From: an uncultured Methanolobus sp.
Lineage (GTDB): Archaea; Halobacteriota; Methanosarcinia; Methanosarcinales; Methanosarcinaceae
NCBI GenBank assembly: GCA_963675495.1
Contig: OY776215.1
Location: 1,344,001 to 1,408,000, forward strand
Reading direction: 5' to 3'
Length of the DNA stretch: 64,000 nucleotides
In this document: positions 58,866-64,000 of the stretch, piece after piece
Position numbering within the stretch: the stretch's first letter is position 1
How the letters are laid out: every line of letters starts with the position of its first letter
Program-made: the position numbers and the translations under genes
The notes under the pieces: generated by a model
The model's database searches: none
Seen by the model: the letters and a program-made list of their open reading frames with translations, nothing else
What the model was told of the DNA's origin: nothing

Positions 58866-59606
58866 TCACTCCCATGTATATTTACCTGCAAATGGTCTGG
58901 CGCTTGCAGGGATTATTCTTGAATAGTTCGTATCCAGGAACTGGGACGAATCTATGTCAAACCTTTCACAGAAATCTTCTATCACAGGACTTAATCTTGT
59001 CAGGTCGTCTTCGGTAAATTCAACTTTCTTGGCTCCGACACCAAGTAGTTTATCGTCTACATCACCACGGATGACGATTTCCCCACCGTGAATACCACTA
59101 CCGATACCACGATCCTGTATTCCCGGTTCATGACCAATGCCAAGAACAAGGATAAGACCACCAGCCATGTATTCTCCAAGGAAAGCATGAGATGTGCCAC
59201 CGATAGCAAGTATAGGACGCTTACCCTCATACTCTTTCATGTGAATACCACCACGGTAGCCAATGTTGCCTTTTACAAAGACCTTTCCGCCACGCATGCT
59301 GTGTGCAACTGCATCTCCGGCACTTCCATGGATGATCAGTGATCCCTGATCCATTGTGTTTCCAGGAGCATGCTCTGCATTACCGAATATTTCACATTCG
59401 GGACCACTCATAAACATTCCAAGGTCTCCGCCGGGAACACCATTGATGATGATCTTTGCATCGCCCCTTACTCCATTTCCTATGAAACGCTGCCCCAGAA
59501 CATTGTTGAGCACAATTTCCTTTACGCCGGAAGCCACTGCTTCGCGAATCATCCTGTTCAATGGGGAGTAGTGCATACCCTTTACATCTATTACTAAAGG
59601 ATCCAC
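58866..59606 (-). CDS. Glutamate synthase domain 3 (GXGXG beta-helix)
   Basis: GQRFIG, GNTMDQG, GYRGGIHMK, FLGEYMAGG. Confidence 0.88.
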   Translation of the reverse strand: MDPLVIDVKGMHYSPLNRMIREAVASGVKEIVLNNVLGQRFIGNGVRGDAKIIINGVPGGDLGMFMSGPECEIFGNAEHAPGNTMDQGSLIIHGSAGDAVAHSMRGGKVFVKGNIGYRGGIHMKEYEGKRPILAIGGTSHAFLGEYMAGGLILVLGIGHEPGIQDRGIGSGIHGGEIVIRGDVDDKLLGVGAKKVEFTEDDLTRLSPVIEDFCERFDIDSSQFLDTNYSRIIPASARPFAGKYTWE

Positions 59607-59611
59607 TTCAC

Positions 59612-61120
59612 TCAGGCCCCCACAGATTCTATTTTGAGAACGTCAAGCAGACCCTGGTCAAGCATGTAACCACGCAGACGTTCACGGTTTCCACGAAGAC
59701 TCTCGATGCTGTTAAGACCTGCTGCACCCATGAGCTCACTTATTTCAAGTGTCCAGGCTTTGATAAGGTTTGCAACATGTTCTGCACCGACCTCAGGATC
59801 GATACGGTCAACTAATTCCTGTTTCTGGGTTGCAATACCCCATGGACAAAGACCGCGGTAACAGTTTCCACATACACGGCATCCTAATGCTATGAGTGAA
59901 GCTGTTCCGATATAAACTGCGTCAGCACCGAGTGCAATAGACTTTGTAATGTCAGCACTGTTGCGGATACCACCACTTGCTATCAGTGAAACTTCATTCC
60001 TGATGCCCTGATCGTTCAGTTTCTCATCTACTGCGGCAATTGCGGCCTCAATAGGAATACCAACATTGTCCCTGAACACCTTTGGTGCAGCACCGGTACC
60101 TCCTTTGAAACCATCAATTACAACGGCATCTGCATCTGATCTTGCCACACCTGCAGCGATTGCTGCTACATTATGTACGGCAGCGATCTTCACAAAGACA
60201 GGCTTCTCCCAGTTAGTAGCCTCTTTAAGACTGCGCACAAGCTGAGCAAGATCTTCTATACTGTAAATATCATGATGAGGAGCTGGACTGATCGCATCTG
60301 AACCCAGTGGGATCATACGGGTACAGGATACATCTGCACATACTTTCTCTCCAGGAAGGTGACCTCCAATACCAGGTTTTGCACCCTGGCCAACCTTGAT
60401 CTCAATGGCTGCACCACGTTCCAGATAATCAATGTCGACACCGAAACGTCCTGATGCGATCTGGACTATTGTGTGATCCTGATATGGATAAATCGCCTCG
60501 TGCATCCCTCCTTCACCGGTACCCATGAAAGTTCCGGTTTCTGCCACTGCCTTTGCAAGACTGAGCTGTGCATTCAGGCTGATGGCACCGTAACTCATGT
60601 GCCCTATCATTATAGGGGTGTCAAGTTTGAGATTTGGAGCAAGCTTTGTTGTGAGATCGATGTCACCATTGTTCTTTGTAAATTCAAGTTTTGCAGGCTT
60701 CTTTCCAATGTATGTCCTGAGCTCCATTGGTTCTCTCAGAGGATCTATACTTGGATTGGTGACCTGGCATGCATCCAGTACCAGCCTGTCAAATATAATA
60801 GGATAATCACGTGCATTGCCCATTCCGGCAAGGATAATCTTTCCGCTACGTGCCTGATTTATAACATCTTCACGTGCCTCTGCGGTCCATAGAGGGTGAC
60901 TGCGATAATCAACTGGTTTTTCCTGGAGATTAATGGCATCTCTGGGACACATGGAGATACAGCGATGGCATGCAGTACATTTGCGTGAATCTATGAGGAT
61001 CTTGTCATCTTCGATCCTGTAAACGCCATAAGAACAATTATCAACACAACGCATACATTTCATGCACTGGTCACGATCAATACTGATCTTGTACTTTAGG
61101 GGAACACTTCCAAGGCTCAT
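59612..61120 (-). CDS. Glutamate synthase FMN domain with N-terminal 2[4Fe-4S] ferredoxin
   Basis: MSYGAIS, GTGEGG, EIKVGQGAKPGIGGHLPGEKV, ISPAPHHDIYSIEDL, CRVCGNCYRGLCPWGIATQ. Confidence 0.92.
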   Translation of the reverse strand: MSLGSVPLKYKISIDRDQCMKCMRCVDNCSYGVYRIEDDKILIDSRKCTACHRCISMCPRDAINLQEKPVDYRSHPLWTAEAREDVINQARSGKIILAGMGNARDYPIIFDRLVLDACQVTNPSIDPLREPMELRTYIGKKPAKLEFTKNNGDIDLTTKLAPNLKLDTPIMIGHMSYGAISLNAQLSLAKAVAETGTFMGTGEGGMHEAIYPYQDHTIVQIASGRFGVDIDYLERGAAIEIKVGQGAKPGIGGHLPGEKVCADVSCTRMIPLGSDAISPAPHHDIYSIEDLAQLVRSLKEATNWEKPVFVKIAAVHNVAAIAAGVARSDADAVVIDGFKGGTGAAPKVFRDNVGIPIEAAIAAVDEKLNDQGIRNEVSLIASGGIRNSADITKSIALGADAVYIGTASLIALGCRVCGNCYRGLCPWGIATQKQELVDRIDPEVGAEHVANLIKAWTLEISELMGAAGLNSIESLRGNRERLRGYMLDQGLLDVLKIESVGA

Positions 61121-62169
61121 ACTGTAACCCTCCCTATAACCGGTTCGCCTGCCCTTGGCATATATATTGATTCCACATCAGGATCCATCGTGCGTATGGC
61201 TGCCTCTTCGCTTGATATGTAGAGACGGGAACCATTCTCTCCTACAACTAGAGGACGCAGCTTTATCCTGTCTGTAAAGCCTACGATACCATCCTTTGTA
61301 GCAACAACTATTGCAAAAGGACCATTCATAAGTGCTGGTCCATATGTAAGGCGCAATGTGCGCAGGAATTCTTCCTGTTTTTCCGGCATATCATCGATCT
61401 CATCCCAGAATGGAGGAGCAAGTGCCGTAACAACAGTTTCGGATGGAAGCCCGTGTCTTCTTCCAAGAAGATCGAACAGATAAGCTACTACTTCTGTGTC
61501 AGTTAACATGGTACACTGGTACCCATTACTTTCCACATAACGACGGTTAGTGCCGTAAGAAGTTATCTCACCGTTATGGACAACTGACCAGTCAAGCAAA
61601 TTGAAAGGATGAGCTCCTCCCCACCATCCGGAAGTATTTGTTGGATAGCGGTTGTGTGCAAGCCAGATGTAACCCTTATAGTCTTCAATTCTGAAAAAGT
61701 TGGCTACATCCTCAGGCCATCCGGAAGCTTTGAATACTCCCAGGTTTTTGCCGGATGAAAATACCAGAGCACCTTCAACACCTGAATTGATGGTCATCAC
61801 AAGACGCTTGACATTATCATCGTCTGGGTCCGTTGTGCCCACCATAAGATCAGTATAAGGTTTGAAGAAATATCTCCAGGAGATATGTTCCTTTTTGAGA
61901 CCCGGTTGTTCATATGTTGGGATCTCTTCCTGGTGAACGATTCTGCCCCACTTTTGCAGTATCTTATCCACCATGGTTTTTGGTTCTAACAAATTATCAA
62001 AAAATACGTGGACAGCGTAGCAATCTGCATAATCAGGATATATGCCATAAGCTACATATCCTGCGCCTTCTCCACTTCCTCTTTCATCCATCAGACTCAG
62101 GGCTTCCTTTATGCTGGAGCCGTCCATTCTGGACATTGTCCGATCGATTACGCCTATAATTCCGCACAT
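61117..62169 (-). CDS. Glutamate synthase domain 1 (class II glutamine amidotransferase)
   Basis: N-terminal MCGIIG (Ntn Cys), AHNRYPTN, HPF, VHNGEI, DRIKLRP. Confidence 0.9.
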   Translation of the reverse strand: MCGIIGVIDRTMSRMDGSSIKEALSLMDERGSGEGAGYVAYGIYPDYADCYAVHVFFDNLLEPKTMVDKILQKWGRIVHQEEIPTYEQPGLKKEHISWRYFFKPYTDLMVGTTDPDDDNVKRLVMTINSGVEGALVFSSGKNLGVFKASGWPEDVANFFRIEDYKGYIWLAHNRYPTNTSGWWGGAHPFNLLDWSVVHNGEITSYGTNRRYVESNGYQCTMLTDTEVVAYLFDLLGRRHGLPSETVVTALAPPFWDEIDDMPEKQEEFLRTLRLTYGPALMNGPFAIVVATKDGIVGFTDRIKLRPLVVGENGSRLYISSEEAAIRTMDPDVESIYMPRAGEPVIGRVTV

Positions 62170-62383
62170 GTTGATCACTATGAGTATTTAATCTTGGGAC
62201 TTTGTGTTAGTATTTACCTGATATGAATTTAACCATGCAAAAATCCATAGAGGATACAATAAAAAGTCCGGTGTTGCGTGAACAACTTCTATTCACGTTT
62301 TAACAGCAACAAAAAATGCTGCTGACTTAAGATATGTTATAAATTATGATTTGAAATTAAAGTGAAAGTAAGGGGAATTCCCC

Positions 62384-63724
62384 TTACAGTATGCTAAGGT
62401 ATGTGTCAAGTTCCCACTGGTGGACCTGTGCCTTGTATTCATCCCACTGAGCATTCTTTGCTTCGAGATAGTTTTCGAATACGTGGTCACCAAGAACTTC
62501 CTTTACAAATGAACTTCCAGCCATAAGGTCAATAGCTTCCTTCAAGTCGCCTGGCAGAGATGCAATGCCTTGTGCTGCCCTGTCCTCTTCGGTAAGCTTG
62601 AATATGTTGACATTTGTTGGTGCTGGTGCTTCCATTTCCTTCTCGATTCCGTCGAGACCTGCGCCAAGCATTGCTGCAAATGCAAGGTATGGGTTACATG
62701 CAGGGTCAGGACATCTGAGTTCTACCCTTGTACCAATGCCTCTTGACGCTGGAATCCTGATAAGGGAACTGCGGTTTGATGCAGACCATGTGCAGTAGAT
62801 AGGTGCCTCATATCCAGGTACGAGTCTCTTGTATGAGTTTACAGTTGAGTTTGTGATTGCTGCGAACTCACGGACGTGTGCAAGGAGACCTGCGATGTAC
62901 TGCTTTGCAGTTATTGAAAGCTGGTCAGGAGTGTCTGCATCGTAGAATGCGTTCTTTCCGTCTGTCATGAGTGACTGGTTGGAGTGCATACCGGAACCAT
63001 TTACACCGAAGAGTGGTTTTGGCATGAATGTTGCATAATAACCCATGTGTGCTGCAATGGATTTTACAACATACTTGAATGTCACAATATTGTCACATGT
63101 GTTCAGTACATCACCGAATCTGAAGTTAATTTCGTGCTGTGATGGAGCGACTTCGTGATGTGATGCCTCAATTTTGAAGCCCATGTCTTCAAGAGCAAAG
63201 TCAATAGCTCTTCTTACATCCTGTGCCTTATCAAGAGGAGCGAAATCAAAGTATCCTCCCTTGTCTGTGAGGTTTGTTGTTGGATGACCTTTCTCATCAA
63301 GTTCGAAAAGGAAGAACTCAAGTTCAGGACCTGTGTTCATTGTGAAGCCCATTTTCTCTGCTTTTGCAACTGCCTGCTTCAGAACATATCTTGGATCACC
63401 CTCGAAAGGTTTTCCGTTTGGTCTGTATACATCGCCAATTATACGAGCAACTGCACCTTCCTTTGGTCTCCATGGGAGTATTCTGAAGGTAGTTGGATCT
63501 GGCATAAGAATCATATCGGACTCTTCGATCCTTGTGAATCCTTCGATTGATGAACCATCGAACATTACACCGTTCTCAAATGCACCTTCGAGATCTTCTG
63601 AAGGTATTGCCCAGCTTTTGATCATACCGAGGGTATCGGTGAATTGGGTTCTTATGAATTTAACATCGTTCTCGGTTACAGCCTGTAACACGTCTTCCTT
63701 CGTTACTAGATTTCCATTTACCAT
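62384..63724 (-). CDS. glnA: Glutamine synthetase type I (upstream of the GOGAT operon)
   Basis: FDGSSIEGF, SHHEVAPSQHEI, ATFMPKP, NGSGMH, NSYKRLVPGYEAP; SD GAGGAG. Confidence 0.95.
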   Translation of the reverse strand: MVNGNLVTKEDVLQAVTENDVKFIRTQFTDTLGMIKSWAIPSEDLEGAFENGVMFDGSSIEGFTRIEESDMILMPDPTTFRILPWRPKEGAVARIIGDVYRPNGKPFEGDPRYVLKQAVAKAEKMGFTMNTGPELEFFLFELDEKGHPTTNLTDKGGYFDFAPLDKAQDVRRAIDFALEDMGFKIEASHHEVAPSQHEINFRFGDVLNTCDNIVTFKYVVKSIAAHMGYYATFMPKPLFGVNGSGMHSNQSLMTDGKNAFYDADTPDQLSITAKQYIAGLLAHVREFAAITNSTVNSYKRLVPGYEAPIYCTWSASNRSSLIRIPASRGIGTRVELRCPDPACNPYLAFAAMLGAGLDGIEKEMEAPAPTNVNIFKLTEEDRAAQGIASLPGDLKEAIDLMAGSSFVKEVLGDHVFENYLEAKNAQWDEYKAQVHQWELDTYLSIL

Positions 63725-63749
63725 TTTGACTACTCCTCTCTATTCACTA

Positions 63750-63792
63750 AGGGGTGTAAGTAACCCATTACCTATCCCCTGCTATATATAAC
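63750..63792 (-). promoter_or_regulatory. glnA promoter: TATA (TTATATATA) and NrpR-like operator GGTA-N6-TACT (63759-63772) inside a longer inverted repeat
   Basis: Operator-like dyad about 10 nt downstream of the TATA box; AGGGG..CCCCT outer arms. Confidence 0.55.
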
Positions 63793-64000
63793 TTTGTATA
63801 TTTGAGAGAATAAAACTGACTACTTGCTAAATAAAAACAAAACATGACAATAATTAAAACTTGCCACTAAAATGATACAAAACAACGAAAAACAGGATTC
63901 TGAAAAATAGATTCATATTTTTTGGATTTTTTATAAAATTGATGATACATAAGAATGTTATTCTCTACAAAAACTTAAAACAAAGGAAAAAGGATGTCTA

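Overview
Chromosomal window from a methanogenic archaeon, most likely Methanosarcinaceae (possibly Methanolobus; inferred from gene content and protein style, not from a database match). The backbone is a nitrogen-assimilation cluster: nrpR-amtB-glnK, a [2Fe-2S] ferredoxin plus nifH-I1-I2-D-K-E-N, fno-glnA-GNAT, and a split glutamate synthase operon with an F420-binding subunit next to a second glnA. Two accessory blocks interrupt it. (1) About 9-18.5 kb: a type I restriction-modification operon with two different Schlafen/AlbA_2-HATPase-wHTH genes inside it and traces of cassette exchange. (2) About 27-54.7 kb: a cell-envelope island with a ~1700-aa Ca-binding surface protein that has an internal hydrophobic helical bundle, a triple-Rieske/glutaredoxin/FTR/nitroreductase operon, a MacB-type ABC exporter, an array of DUF1566(Lcl)/C-type-lectin lipoproteins with gene relics, and a membrane-anchored wHTH regulator locus. 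The strongest unexplained signal is a ~165-nt structured non-coding RNA in three diverged copies (~40.6, ~47.0, ~48.9 kb, all minus strand). Its stems covary, pair through G-U only on the minus strand and carry C/A-rich loops. Each copy sits behind a shared two-part promoter that also occurs at both divergent genes of the regulator locus. Together these suggest an undescribed envelope regulon with an RNA component. All calls were made by eye; no searches were run.
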